A DNA stretch of 64,000 nucleotides from Callorhinchus milii (taxonomy: Eukaryota). Position numbers and translations under genes: made by a program. The notes below the pieces were generated by a model that did not search any database, was not told where the DNA came from, and saw nothing but the letters and a program-made list of their open reading frames with translations. Location of the stretch: NCBI RefSeq assembly GCF_018977255.1, contig NW_024704743.1, positions 77,438,001 through 77,502,000 on the forward strand. The letters run 5' to 3'. Numbering within the stretch: the first letter of the stretch is position 1; each line of letters starts with the position of its first letter. Below, in pieces: positions 1 to 12,975 of the stretch.

Positions 1-1296
1 CCAAAACAGAAGGAGAACCTCCTAGAGTCCTGGACAGAAAACCTCCAGACAAATTGGTCATTCACTGTACGGTGCAAGTACCTGCAGCATTTGCCTACAA
101 ATATACAATGACTACACTGATGGAAATTAGCCGTTAAGCGTTTTAAGACAATTAAATGTTATAGGTGCTATGTCAAATTATAAGGAATATTGTAGGATTA
201 TTTTTATTTGCTTTCAAATGTAACTATGTTAAGGATATATATATAAATATATTTAATTTCCATTATTATGTTAATATAGTGTGAAAATTCAGTTAAAAAT
301 TTAATAAATACAGGATGCATACAGTAGATTTGATATAATAAATATCAGGCAAGTGCCTGAATAACCGATACGTAATAAAGTTATGAATTGATTGTAGTCA
401 GCCTCACAAGTTGTGTGACAAATCATATCCAATCTACGATATATCTTCTACGTGTAATATTTGGACTGTGTTTTCAATAAAGAAAATTAGTGAGTGAATT
501 TTGCAAATCCAGAAAATCCATTTGAAATTTCTTCGTCACCTCACTTTGCTGTTGCGATAAGTTGGAAATAAAAAATAAGGAGTTCGAAAAAAAACAAGAC
601 ACAGTATGTGCATACCAAGGGCTGAACTGTGTCAGAGATTGACCTAGCACAAGGCACAGGTGAATGTTCGTGTGGTCTCAAAGATATCATTTACTATTGC
701 TATTGGAACATGGGGTCATCATTGTATATGTGAATGGATGGATCTTTATCATATGGTGGTATATGTGTAAAAAAATGAAGAACTGATATCATTATCTTTT
801 GGTTTGCAAATTAAAGCATTTACTGCTCTGGTTATATAGCTTGAAGCAAATAAGAACACGATTTATACAGCTCTTTAATAACATTTAAAAATAATGCCGT
901 AAAATGTGGCCCACCCATTGGATTGGCCAGAAACTTTTAAGGACTTGTTTCTGAGTTGTATTATTTCACTACCTTGATATATTCTACAGAGATGTTCAAT
1001 GCTCAATTCTAATTTATACCAATTTTTTCCCCAGAGATTTGCCTTGAAAAGTGTAGAATAAACTGGACATAGAAAGTGACAGCTTCCTTTTCTATCCTCA
1101 GGTTGAATATTTAAATTGAAAATCAACTAACCAGTGATCTTGGTGTCTGCAGGGTGATTTAGACCCACATGACTAACACATATTTGGATAATAATAATCC
1201 TTCCATTTGATATAGCACCTTGTGACGATGAAACATCTCAAAGTGCTGCACAGTTTTCTGTAATATGTACTAACAATACCATCTTATTTGTTTTGG

Positions 1297-1700
1297 TCTG
1301 GCTTAATTGATAGCACTTTCACCCCTGAGTCAAAAGATTGTGGGATCTAGCTCCATATCGGGACTTTGAAATCATGTAGTCCAAGCTGACACTCTATTGT
1401 AGTGGTAGGGATGTGCTGCATTGGAGGTGCTGACCTTTGGATGAAAATTGAACTGAGATTTCATCTACGTGTTCAGGTGGATGATAAAGATCCCATGGCA
1501 CTATTCAAAAAGATAAGGGAGTTTTCCCTGGCCAACCATACCCAAATATAATTGGTCAATCATTTCATGGCTGTTTGGGGGCCATTGCTCTGTGCATCTT
1601 GGCTGCCGCGTTTGCTACTTTACAGTATATCCTCTGAAGTGTTTTGAGACATCCCCCCAATGTGAAAGGTACTATATCAAATGCAAGGAATATTAATTAT
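1297..1700 (+). mobile_element. Older tRNA-derived Deu-domain-type SINE with L2-like tail
   Basis: Decayed tRNA head, Deu-like core (ttcaggtggatgataaagatcccatggcactattc), tail gctatatcaaatgcaagg-like. Confidence 0.7.
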
Positions 1701-1909
1701 AGGAAAAATGATTATTATACAAAGAGGGCGGAGAAAGAGATTTTGAAATTTTGAAGTGGTTGTTTGTTTAGAAAATAATTTCTGAGCCTGTTTGAAGCTG
1801 TAGACATTTTTATTTACTTTTGTAGATATCACTTGATACTGCTGATTCTCAATATATTTAAAAAAATAATGTTTCCAATTATATTTCTAATTTTGTCCCT
1901 TTGGCATAT

Positions 1910-2318
1910 ACCTCTGCCTCGGTCTGACGTCATGGGATAGTTCAGTGGACACTAATTGCCGTCTGGTACACTGCCCACTATTCTCAGTCTCACACTGAGG
2001 GCGCAGCGGGGCAACCTGTGAGAGCATTGAGTGTCAACAGGCTATTCAGCTGAAGAGAGCATCGTGGCTGAGCCTGACCTCTCACCACCCAGATGCAACA
2101 TAATCACACTGGTTGGTTGCAGAAGAGGGCGTAGGAAACTCATCTGATTATAGCCTCTCGAACCTGGGGAAGCTCATAGTCAATTTAGCTTCTCCATGCA
2201 GCTCACAGTGAGACTGGCAACCCCAGCTGAGACCAGCAGGAACCAAGTGGTATTCGAACCAGCGAGCTCCTGATCCATAAGCAGCAACTCTATTCACTGT
2301 ACTATCAAAGCTGCCCCC
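1910..2318 (-). mobile_element. Old tRNA-headed SINE of a third family
   Basis: Minus strand starts ggggcagctttgatagtacagtgaatagag...ggttcgaatacc (A/B-box-like). The GC-richer body differs from the other two SINE families. Confidence 0.5.
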
Positions 2319-2414
2319 ACCTTATACATTTCTGATCAACTTCTTCCACTGTCTCAGATAACAACTCTTATGGTCTTGTATTTTTCCATCATTCATGCCT
2401 TCTGTTTTCTTTAG

Positions 2415-2491
2415 GAATTAAAATCTCAGGAGACGAATAATCATCAAAAAGAACAGATTTTAAAAGAAAGACTTCACATAGCCTTTGAGAA
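2415..2491 (+). CDS. OFCC1: OFCC1/ojoplano-like internal coding exon A (ELKSQETNNHQKEQILKERLHIAFE-K)
   Basis: Acceptor tctgttttctttag, donor gtaagt. 77 nt, ends in phase 2 and joins exon B in frame. Coiled-coil-like peptide. Confidence 0.75.
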
Positions 2492-2937
2492 GTAAGTCAA
2501 TTGCAGAATAAGATTAGCCTCGTAGGATCAATAGCAGATGTAATCATGGATAGAAATAAAATGCAGAATAATTATCCTTAGTTTATTGTTTCTAATTGTT
2601 AAAGTACTTTCTAGCGCTTTACTTTCTAAGTATTCATTAAAATAATGAGATCCTCAAGAAAGAAAACATTTGATAAAGAGAGATATATAACGTCTCTAAA
2701 ATTGGAATATTATCAATATTATTTGTGGGTTGAGGTTTTAGTCTTTTTTTACAAACTAATTATTTTAATTGTGACTCTTAAAAATATACAATTAAAGTTT
2801 GAGTTACTGTTAATTGTTGCCCAGATTTCTGTACACTTAAGAATTAAATGGCAGGATAAAAAGATTCTTGGTGTATGTATTTGGTACAGGATGAAAAATG
2901 TACGTGGAATAAATTACCCTTCTTAAAATTGGCTTTT

Positions 2938-3266
2938 GTGGAGTCCTGTAGCTCAGTGGTTAGAGCACTCGCTTTGCAAGTGAGAGACCTGAGTTCAATT
3001 CCAGACAGGGCGAAACCTTGGGCAAGTTTCCTTACTCCACACGCTTAATAATAATCCCTCCAAAAACCAAAAACAATAATTAAATTGGTCATTTTCAATT
3101 TACGACTGTTTGTGGGACACTGCTGTGCGCAATTGGCTGCCGCGTTCGCCCACAAATATACAGTCAATTCCACTTTACATTGTGTTCTGTGAAGCGCTTT
3201 GGGACGTCCTCCCGACGTGAAAAGCGCTATATCAAATGCAAGGATTATTATTATTATTATTATTAT
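2938..3266 (+). mobile_element. Young tRNA-derived SINE, short form, L2-type 3' tail with (ATT)n
   Basis: A box tagctcagtggttagagc, B box gagttcaattcc. Near-identical to the copies at 7010, 56081 and 61424. Confidence 0.92.
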
Positions 3267-3289
3267 TTATCTGTTCATTTATTTATTTG

Positions 3290-3350
3290 GTCAGCTGGGT
3301 GTCTAACACATGCAGAAAACCATCACTATGCTTAAGAGTTTCCAAACCGA
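3290..3350 (+). repeat. Unclassified old repeat family X, 5' fragment
   Basis: ggtcagctgggtgtctaacacatgcagaaaaccatcactatgcttaagag matches the copies at 16710, 29450, 47210, 51280 and 58430. Confidence 0.6.
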
Positions 3351-3354
3351 TAAA

Positions 3355-3545
3355 TCCTGTGAAATGCTTTGAGATACCCTTCTAATGTGAAAGACACTAC
3401 ATTTCAGACTCAGATTTGTTGAGATGTGGAATGCTATGCCAAGTAAAGGGAGGCTTGAAGGGGTATGGGAATAATGCAAGGTCATGGATTGAATGAATAC
3501 CTTACTCTGAGAGTTGGTGCAGAACGGCTACATGATTCTATGAGT
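3355..3545 (+). mobile_element. CR1-type LINE 3' end, degraded
   Basis: tgtggaatgctatgcc and terminal atgattctatga, typical of CR1 3' ends. Confidence 0.5.
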
Positions 3546-5196
3546 ATTTTTAATGTTTATTTTTTTAAAATAAAATGCACATTCACAATGCTCCGAAGCT
3601 TAAAGTCAAAAATTAATTGTACATTGAATGGTAACCATTTTCAAAGATGAAAACTGGAAGCATTCATTTATTATTTAACTATGTGTGGTGATTATGATTT
3701 GAAATCGGTATGCTGAAGTGCAGTTGGGGGTGAAAACTGTGAAGTGATATGCTAATTAACACTGGCACAAATTCTCATAACACTGTTAAATGCAATCAAT
3801 GAAACTAGGGAAAACGCACACCACAAATCCGTCACAAAGCCTTGAAGCAACATTGGACCTACCGGGCCAACTAACAGTAAACTGGCTAACTCAATCACTG
3901 GGGACACAATTTGCCACCCTCTTTTCAAGTTGCAATATTTACTATTGTATTAACAGTTTAGGTGAATCTAACATTTGCCTAAATCTGACATCTATTCCAT
4001 TTCAGGGTTCAGATTATGAAATAAAACTTACTTGTTGAGGTTTAACGTTGGGATCAATTCAGACAGTCCTATCTAACGACTCAACAGTTCATTGCTGGAT
4101 ATACCACTGTATTTCCTCCAATTATGCCTGTCATATACTAAGTTCGCATTAGTTGTCTCATTGTGAAAGCAAGTATATACCAGATTTATGTGGCTCATGT
4201 ATCTGCATGTAAATGCATATGTGCCACAACAGGAAAAAAATCCACCCTTGCAGCTGTTTCACTGAAAGTGTACAGTGGAAACAGATCAACTCTAATCACT
4301 TTGGCCCTATTTTATAAATAAAGATCTCACCTAAAGAGTCTGGAATAAGGTAGGGGAACCTCTTATGAGTAAACGCCGTGAAAGGCACTATACAAATGTA
4401 ATCTTGTTGTTGTTGTATGACCTGTCAATCATTATTGACTGTCATTTATCTGAACAAGACACATTTTTCACAGGTAATTATTATCACCAGTGATGATTAT
4501 CGCATCGCCCATGAGAAGTTTCTCACCATTGCATTTAATTATCAGCCTGTTTGTGGTTCTTGCATGTGTCATACCTTTGGATCTCACTGTTACTCACTGA
4601 TCTCTCCTTTATTTTGTCATGTAGGACTGATTTTGATGCAATTATTCACACCATAACCATTCATACTGTACAGAAATTTGTTTTTGCCTTGTTTTAACAC
4701 TTGCCTAATTTGTCCATGCTTCTATTAGAAAAATAAAATATTCTTCACCCCTTTCATAAAGAAGCTACTTAATTATATCACACCTTTCACAGGTATAAAA
4801 CTGCACCTTCCAATTTTGAAGGCCAGTTGCAATACCCGAGAGTATCTTTAAAAATACCTGTTTCTGTAATATAAGTTTGTTTTGGATCAGTCTTTGTGTG
4901 ACCTTCGTTAATTGCTGTTGTTAAAAATACAATAAAAAATAAGTTCTTTCCCATAAAGGGGAATTGGTTTAGGCACAATATATTTTTAAACTTGTGAAAG
5001 TTGAATATATAAATGTTTAAACTTCAGTCTGAGGAAAGTCTTTTTACAAAATTGTATTTACAAAAAACATGTAAATACAAGCCGAGGATCGATAATCCTA
5101 ATGATATTTTACAATGATTCATTGTATTATTCCTAGAAAAGTTAATTTGCAGAAATTTTGGATTAATTGTAAAATAACAAAATGATTACATTGCAG

Positions 5197-5314
5197 AGCA
5201 GAAAGCCAACTGCTGAAAACACTTGAAGCCCGCAAAGCTGAAGTAATGGCTGCGCAGGGTGACCTGACTGAAGTCAAACACCAATACAGTGGTATGCAAG
5301 GCCATCGCTGGAAG
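5197..5314 (+). CDS. OFCC1: OFCC1-like exon B (AESQLLKTLEARKAEVMAAQGDLTEVKHQYSGMQGHRWK)
   Basis: Acceptor ttgcag, donor AAG|gtaagg. 118 nt, phase 2 to phase 0, open frame continuous with exons A and C. Confidence 0.8.
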
Positions 5315-5478
5315 GTAAGGGCAAAAGACAAGTCTCCTCCTGTAGATTTCTGAAAGTCTTTTCCAATGCAGTATCACACTAGCCGTGTGAAGTCTTTCAG
5401 CATGTGATGAGCAGCTATGCCGCCATGCAAATGAGACAGGCCTGGAGATGTAATGAATCTTCTATCAACCTTTCCTAC

Positions 5479-5650
5479 NNNNNNNNNNNNNNNNNNNNNN
5501 NNNNNNNNNNNNNNNNNNNNNNNNNNNNNNNNNNNNNNNNNNNNNNNNNNNNNNNNNNNNNNNNNNNNNNNNNNNNNNNNNNNNNNNNNNNNNNNNNNNN
5601 NNNNNNNNNNNNNNNNNNNNNNNNNNNNNNNNNNNNNNNNNNNNNNNNNN
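5479..5650. other. Assembly gap (172 N)
   Basis: Run of N. The ORFs spanning it are artefacts. Confidence 0.99.
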
Positions 5651-6334
5651 AGAAAAGCAGTGGCAATCCTGCCATGCAAAGTAATTTCATTGGTAAAAGA
5701 CAAGATCTTCGTTTATATGATATTTCACAAGTTACTAAGGATGAGGGAGCTAAAATATAAAATGTCATGTTTTGGCATGCAAAATTATAAAAATATATTT
5801 CTGTATAAAATTTGTTGGGGGTGTTTAATTTAGAATGTGTTTAATATCCAAGGCTGCCTGCTCCAGTAATCCTGCCCAGAGGTTTTAAAAAGATTACCTC
5901 CATTTTTCATATAATGTTAATTTTGGATTTCAACAAGCAAAATATGAAGTTTAGAGCTTTTTTGTTAATTAAAATTCTGTAATTAGAATGAAAATAATTG
6001 TCATGCAGCTCAGTGCTTTAAAGAAAAGAATGATATTCCAAAAAGCAAAAGAAGCTTAATGATAATTCTTGCAGCCTATTTCCTGTGAAAATTTACAGAA
6101 GCGGCTTTGTGACCTTTAAAAGTGCCAGGTAATATTTCATAAACTTCTCAAAATGCGTTTTGCAAATCGTTCGTGATTGTCCATAAATCCTCAAAAAGAA
6201 ACAATTGTTTTATTTATTTTGGAAATGTTCTTCTTGAGCTTATTTTACTTACCTACAACAATGCTTGACTTGATTCAAATGCAGTGCTTGCCAGGCTCCC
6301 TGTTTCTACCATCTAAAATTCCAGCTGATACAAA

Positions 6335-6780
6335 ATTCATCCTCACCCACCCTAAATTCCCGCAGCCCATTTCTCCAGTCCTCGCCAGGATCCATTGTTT
6401 CCCTGTCTCCCAACGGATTGATTTCAAGGTCCTCAACTATAAATCCCTTCACGCCTTAGTACCTCCCTATCTCTGTGAGATTTATTATCCTGCTCCTCCT
6501 CTACTCAGCTTAACTGTATGTTGTTGTCCCCTCTGGACCATGACTAGTGGCCGAGCCTTCAGCAACTGCTCTCCCAACCTCTGGAACTCCTTCCCTGAAC
6601 CCCTCTATCTTCCCCTTTTTTCTGTCGTTAAATTCCACCTGAAAACCTTTTTCTTCAACTCTACCTACAGTCCTTTCTCCCTTCCCTGCTCCCTTGCTCG
6701 ATGCCGACCTGGCTTTGTGAAGTGCTCAGAGATTTTATCCCATGTGAAGGACGCTATATAAATGCAGCCGGTTATTGTAA
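6335..6780 (+). mobile_element. L2 LINE 3' fragment
   Basis: ORF 6177 contains PISPVLARIHCFPVSQRIDFKVL...RAFSNCSPNLWNSFP (L2 ORF2 C-terminus). Tail gctatataaatgca. Confidence 0.85.
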
Positions 6781-7009
6781 TGCAGGGAAGCTCTTTTATA
6801 GGAACACATACATGCTTGGCCATGCATTTTTCTTCCACTCAATTGCCATTCCAATAGAGTTCCATATCCTAAATATGTTTTTTTTGGTTGGTGGGGGGTC
6901 AGAGGGGAAGAATATTAGGACTATAAATGGACTTTTCTTAGAGATTGCATGTTGTTTACTGTATTTTCCAATGTCAGTGATGATGTTATACTGTTTAATG
7001 ATTTATATT

Positions 7010-7330
7010 GTGAAGTCCTGTAGCTCAGTGGTTAGAGCACTCGCTTTGGAAGCGAGAGACCTGTGTTCAATTCCAGGCAGGGCGAAACCTTGGGCAAGTT
7101 TCCTTACTCCACATGCCTTATAATAATCCCTCCAAAAACAAAAAACAATAATAAATTGGTCATTTTCAATCTACAACTGTTTGTGGGACATTGCTGTGCG
7201 CAATTGGCTGCCGCGTTCGCCCACAAATATACAGCCAATTCACTTTACAGTATATTCTGTGAAGCGCTTTGGGATGTCTAGAAGACGTGAAAAGCACTAT
7301 ATCAAATGCAAGAATTATTATTATTATTAT
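7010..7330 (+). mobile_element. Young SINE, short form
   Basis: Near-identical to 2938-3266. Ends 37 nt before exon C. Confidence 0.92.
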
Positions 7331-7367
7331 ATTGGAAGTATGTTTATACAAAGAGTTTCCTCTTTAG

Positions 7368-7607
7368 GTTGAATGGTCCAGAACACCTCAACCTATCCAA
7401 ATCCACCTGAAGTGCCTCCGGGGTGTGAAGGACAAATTACCCAAAGGACAGTTCATTCTGAGAGTTTCCTTATACAGCCAGCTTGGGGGATGTTCTCTCC
7501 AGTGGTGTAAGCTAAAGGATCAGAACTGGGTGAGGACAACATTGCCAGTCCAGCATGATGGAAACTTTTACAACGTGGAACTGAGTTTCAATCAGAACAT
7601 TTTTACG
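7368..7607 (+). CDS. OFCC1: OFCC1-like exon C (VEWSRTPQPIQIHLKCLRGVKDKLPKG...HDGNFYNVELSFNQNIFT)
   Basis: Acceptor tttcctctttag, donor ACG|gtaagc. 240 nt, phase 0/0. Overlaps track ORF 7425-7709. Confidence 0.88.
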
Positions 7608-8844
7608 GTAAGCTATAATTACTCTATTACATGTCTATTTGAAAGAAGGATTGCTTTATTTTCTGGTATACTGAATTATAAACTGTGTTCAGATCCCAGC
7701 CTGGGTTAATTCACACTTGCATGTCCCACAGAAGGTGAGTCTTGATTTGATGGTTGGGCCGGCACCAATTTGAAATCTGAAGAACGGTTATGCGAGAAAG
7801 CAAGAGAGAAAGAAACTGCAGCTAGACCATAAAAGCAGTGAAATCAAAAGTAATAGCATGGGGGGATTTATGTTAGATTTTCTCTCAAGGGATTAAAAAG
7901 TTATGTCATTGTCCATGATAAATTGCCTTATCTGTGAAAGGAGAGAGCCTGATGGGCAACTGACAAAAACAATTGCACGTCTCAGAGGCTATTTCTTCAT
8001 TGGAAATGTTTACTTACCATAATGCACTCAGTTTCTGGAGTGCTTAAAACATGTATTTTACTCCTTATAGTCATATTTACCTTTCAACAAAAGTCACTGT
8101 TAAATCTTTGGCACACTGCACGCACCACTACCCAGATTTGCTCAGCTTCTTTGCAATGCCTGGTTGCACGCATACTCATAACGCTTAACAAACTGTAGCA
8201 AGCTACATATGTTGTTAATATGAGAAATGTGTACCATTCTGCCAGCTGTGTCGTGCTGCTTTTTTAAATGAGGGGTAGGAGTGGTACAAAATGTGTTTAA
8301 AACAACTTTGTTCATGTATTGTGAGAGGATGTATGAAACTGATTTCACACACAGTAAATGATGAATATTTTAAAAGTTTTCATTTGGAGTGTCTCATTCT
8401 CCGCTCTGCTAAAAATCAGTTTACAAATAATTCTAGATTGGTTTTAGTACTTTTTATGAAGGGGATTTCCATCGCCTGCTGCAGTTTTTGTTCAATCATT
8501 GAATGTTGATGATGTCTTGGGGATATTCTTGCCTTCAAGAAGGTAGGCATCATGAGGGATTGATCAGTGTAACTACTGACCTTTGATCTAATTTTCCATT
8601 TTTCTTAAAAACGTGTACAAGTAAGATTACCTCTGTTTCTACATTGTAGTTTAGTATTTTTAAAAGGATTCTTTCTTCTCATATATAACTAGAACTCTGT
8701 ACTCAGCTTGACATTTCTAATGAGGAAATATTGGGGATGGAAAGCAAATTAAAAATCTCATCTGGTTGTAGTAAAGGCAGCTAATCCAAGTCAACTTGGG
8801 ATTTTAATGGAACGATCAAGCGAAAGAAATTCACCAGAATTGTT

Positions 8845-9070
8845 TTTTGATCAGCTGGGTGTTTGATACACCTTACTTAAAATGAGAAGGTGATGGGTTT
8901 CCACATTTATCAGACACCCAAACTGAGAGTTCCAGCTATGCCATCTACACATTGAACTGTGACTGGAATGGATTGCGCACTATTTCCTGAATGCACCCTG
9001 TTTACCAAATTCAATAGAGTATTAGGCACAGGTTGGTGAGAGCAAATTTGAAATTTGTGTTGGAACCCAA
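8845..9070 (+). repeat. Repeat family X copy
   Basis: gatcagctgggtgtttgatacac ... ggaatggattgcgcact ... gagtattaggcacaggttggtgagagc. Confidence 0.6.
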
Positions 9071-9524
9071 TAACAAGTTAATTTCAATTATTAACAAAGA
9101 GAGGAATCCCTCCATTATAACTAATAATCAAGTTCTGTACTTTAACCACAAAGCTAAGACCAGTGGTTCCTTTAGAAACTCCCTGTTGTTCATTAATTTG
9201 AAGTAGAGTATCAGAATTGCTTGTACTTTTTTAGGAAACGGGTTGATTGATTTGAAGGTCGAGGTCACAGTTAGGTTCTTTGTTCAGCTTGTTCTCTTGG
9301 TATGGTCCATTTTTACCATTCTTGATTGTTTTTGCTATTTGAGTCACACCTTGTTTTACAGGTTTCAAAATGCACTGCCATCTCAAATAGTACTGGTTAG
9401 CTTTACAATGTCATTCACACAATGAAAGGGATTTTGTTGATGTGTTGTCATCAGATAAGAATATCTTAGAGTGTATCTCCAGGCCTCACTTTGTGTGCAT
9501 AGTCTGAATATTGTGATTTTAAAC

Positions 9525-10572
9525 ACTGCTCTGCCCTCACCTCAGCTCCACCTTCATGGTTCTGTTCCTGCCTAGTTTCATTCTTACCTTTCCCATCATC
9601 TTACTTTGTATCCACCAATGGCTCCTCCTCCAGCCCTCGCACCGTCATGTTACTCAGGACACTATCCTTGGCCCTCTCTTTAATATTTACATGCTCCCAT
9701 TCAGTGATATCATCCGCAGGCATGGGGTTAACTTCCACATGTACGCAGATGTCACCCAACTCCCTCTGCCTCCACCCTCGACTCTAGGACCACTGCTGTC
9801 CTGCTGGATTGTCAGTCAGACATCAAGTCCTGGATGAGAGCCAACTTTCTCCCAATTGAATGTCGACAAGACAGAGTCCCTCCTGCTTGGCTTCCGTCAG
9901 ATACTCCACACCTCAGGTGCTGACAGCATTGCTATTCATGGATGCACTCTCCACCTCACTGAGCGAATATGGAACGTTGGTGTCTTGTTCAACCTTCAAA
10001 TTGTCCTTCAATCCCCACACCTGTGACTTGATCCATTCTGTCTTTTCCAACTCCGTAACATCACCCGGCTCTGCCACTACCTCTCCACTGAGGCCGCTGG
10101 GAACTTCACCCATGCTTGCATCATGTTCAGGCTTGACTATGCTAACTCCCTGCTCGCTGGACTTCCCAACTCTTCCCTCCACATGATGCAGATTATTCAG
10201 AACTTGGTTCTCTTCCAAGCTCTGTGAGCTGATTACCCCCATCCTTGCCCAGCTTCATTGGTTAAGATCCTGGTCCTTCCTTGTAAATCCCTCGATGGTC
10301 TTATCCTGCCCACCATCTTTGTTTGGGCTTTCTTTCACCACCCATTGGAACTCCATCCTGGGGTGCATTCGCCTTGCCCCTCCCTTGCATTCTTCAAGGT
10401 CCATCTGAAGACCTTCCTTTTTGACCGTGCCTTCAGTCATCCTCCCACCCCCACCCCCTTGCCCACTCCTCTTGATTCCAACCTGCAGCTCGGGTGTAAT
10501 TCCTTCATTGTCCAATGCCTTGAGACATCATCCAATGTGAAAAGTGCTATATAATTGCAATTTGTTGTTGTT
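9525..10572 (+). mobile_element. L2 LINE 3' fragment (RT C-terminal region, degraded)
   Basis: [26 protein letters not shown] (RT YADD region), FKVHLKTFLFDRAF, (TTG)n tail. Confidence 0.9.
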
Positions 10573-10744
10573 CTAAATTTTTTTTGACAAAAGGTGACAT
10601 TTGTAGGGCATTCCAAACTGTTTGGGCAAACAGGATGTATGAGAAGTTGAAATTGAAACTGTTAATACAGTTTATTTTGTTAATTACCAATAATAATCAT
10701 CATCGACATTATCTTTACATTTGATATAGTACCTTTCGCAATGG

Positions 10745-10980
10745 GAGGCGAAAGCACCGGAAGAAACTCCTTCTCTTTTTCACATTGTGCCATGGGATCT
10801 TCAACGTCCATCTGAACAGGCAGATAGGGCCTCAGTTTAACATCTTGTGTGAAGGACGATGCCTTGAACAATATAGCACAGGCCCAGCATCGGAGTGTCA
10901 GCTTAGATTATTTGAGTTCCAAGTCCTATGGTTTGGACCCACAACCTTTTCCTCAAAGGCGAGAATCAATCCTTAAAAGT
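10745..10980 (-). mobile_element. Deu-type SINE fragment
   Basis: gtgccatgggatcttcaacgtccatctgaac is the reverse complement of the Deu core at about 1470-1505. Confidence 0.7.
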
Positions 10981-11014
10981 GAGAATCAATCCATTGTATA
11001 ATTCCAAGAAGGTG

Positions 11015-11300
11015 ACATGAACACTGTAAAGTGTTGGCGAGGCCACACTTGGAGGCTCATGTTACTGTTTTCATTCACATGCTTGCCATAAAACACAAAG
11101 AAGCATTGGAAACGATTCAGAAAAAGACAGTAAAGCACGGTACTGTTTTCAAATCAATGAGCTCTGAAGAGAACTTAATGAAGCGGAGCAAAATCAAGGA
11201 TAGAAGTAACAATTTATTTGAAATGGTGTAAATTTACTTAAGAAATTACAATTATCTGCCAATTTCAACTATCTACTGGAATATAGAGAGAACAAGGCAC
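11015..11300 (+). mobile_element. CR1 LINE ORF2 C-terminal fragment
   Basis: LARPHLE...KEALETIQKKTVK...SMSSEENL resembles the CR1 motif LVRPHLEY...LE.VQRRATK...LSYEERL. Confidence 0.65.
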
Positions 11301-11711
11301 AATTATGTCAGATAATTAAAGATCCACTGAATAATAAAGGATTGCACAATTTGTTTGGTACAATTTTTTTTACGTTATTCCCTTCCTACTGTTCTTGACT
11401 ATCTATTTATCTTACCTGTGTTACAGTAATCCTTGACCTTTGTAGTGAAGTTAGTAACATGTTTCCAGACCCCTGTCAATGCTGTTTCTATTCAGTTAAT
11501 AGTGACATAAAAAGGAGTGCATGTTTGAATGTCCTTCAATTATTTTCTTAGTCATTTGAGGGCCCATTGATCCCCACTCAGAAATCAGGATCCCACTATT
11601 TGAATGGAGAAACAATTCAACTGAGGAAGTTACATTGGCATTTGAGCTTCCTTACAGTTTTATTGAAGGATTTTGTTTAAAGATGCAAACTTACTTAGTT
11701 ATAAGAATAAT

Positions 11712-11890
11712 ACAATTTACATTTATACAATGCCTTTCACATAGGGAGGATATCTGACAGTGCTAAACACTGCTGGCTAGGCACCCAAGCGAGGGGAGTT
11801 GAAGGAAATAGGGAAGGGAAAGATGACTGAAAGCATGGTCAGAGAGATGTATCTTGAGAGAGCCTTGAAAGAGTTGAAGGAGGGTGCGAG
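11712..11890 (-). mobile_element. L2 3' tail
   Basis: LKIHLSDHAFSH in ORF 11763-11984, plus the reverse-complement tail. Confidence 0.6.
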
Positions 11891-12149
11891 TCAGTTTAAT
11901 GCTTACAAAATGTTGTAATCTTGCAGCTTGTTGACCATTCAAGAGTACTACAACACTATAGTAGATTGTATGACATTTGGGCAAAAAGCATTTGTTTAAT
12001 TGTTAGAATTTATAGTTAAAAAGGGATGAATAAAATGCATAAAATATTGCCCTCTATGAAGTGCTTTTTTTTGGAAAATATATATTTATTTCTAAATATA
12101 ATATCTGATAGAACAGAAATCCAAAACATATACAACGTACAACATCTTC

Positions 12150-12975
12150 TGTTTCATTTTTCCCCTTTCTCCCGATACAAAAATATTCTGTTGATTGCGT
12201 TACATTTCTTCACCGCACACAGGTTGTGCACACGTTTAAAACAGTTGGGAGTTACCCCTGTGTCACTAAATCCATGTGCGCTGCGCGCCAGTACACATGG
12301 GACGAACCGCAAGAGAATCCATTACATCTTTTTCTAAACCGCCTTTGCGAAACAACACTCCAGGAAGAGGTGGTCCACGGTCTCCTGGCCTCTGCAGCTG
12401 GCCGAAGGGCAACGTGCTGACTGGCCCAGACCTCGACCATGCGTGAAAGCCCTGAAGGGGAGGTTCCCTTTAATCGCTAGCCAGGCCATGTCCTGATGGG
12501 ATGAGGACATGTTGGTTGTTGGTCAGGGCCGGTGACGAGGTGTTTTGCTGGCCATCGCCGCAGGGTACCTCCTGAGCGGGTCTACCCTCTTCCCCTTTCA
12601 AACTGTTTAGACTACCTGCCGCACGGACTACTCAGTGATTGCACAGGGGTCTGGGATGGTGTTCTTCAGGAATTTCTCAATATAGGATAGGTGGTTCGGC
12701 ACGCTGCAACTGTGTGGAAAGTTTCAAAGCAGTTCTGCCAGACCCGCCATTCTTAGCATCAGGTACAGGTAGAAACCCAGCATGTAGCAGCATTTGTTGC
12801 CGGCGTAGCGGGGCTCCAGGCGCAGCCTCAGGCAACTGCACACAAAGGTGGCCATGAGGCTCATGGCCACGGTAGTGACCCGCTTTCCCCCCCCCCACAC
12901 TTTTCTGAGGCTTTCCACATCATGTCTCTGCGGTACGTTCTACCTTGGACCCTCAGGGGACGGTCCTGGTCAGTG
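12150..12975 (-). mobile_element. Tx1-clade (L1-like) LINE ORF2 3' fragment with zinc-binding domain, with stops and frameshifts
   Basis: GGKRVTTVAMSLMATFVCSC..EPRYAGNKCCYMLGFYL, then HQDMAWLAIKGNLPFRAFTHGRGLGQSARCPSASCRGQETVDHLFLECCFAKAV (CxxxC...H....C, zf-RVT-like). GC-rich island. Confidence 0.85.

Noticed and set aside
2941-3012. tRNA-like sequences with A and B boxes (also at 7010, 41066, 56401, 61747)
   Set aside because: They are SINE heads continuous with the SINE body and (ATT)n tail, not tRNA genes.
5374-5833. Four ORFs of 97-126 aa
   Set aside because: They are open only because they span the N gap.
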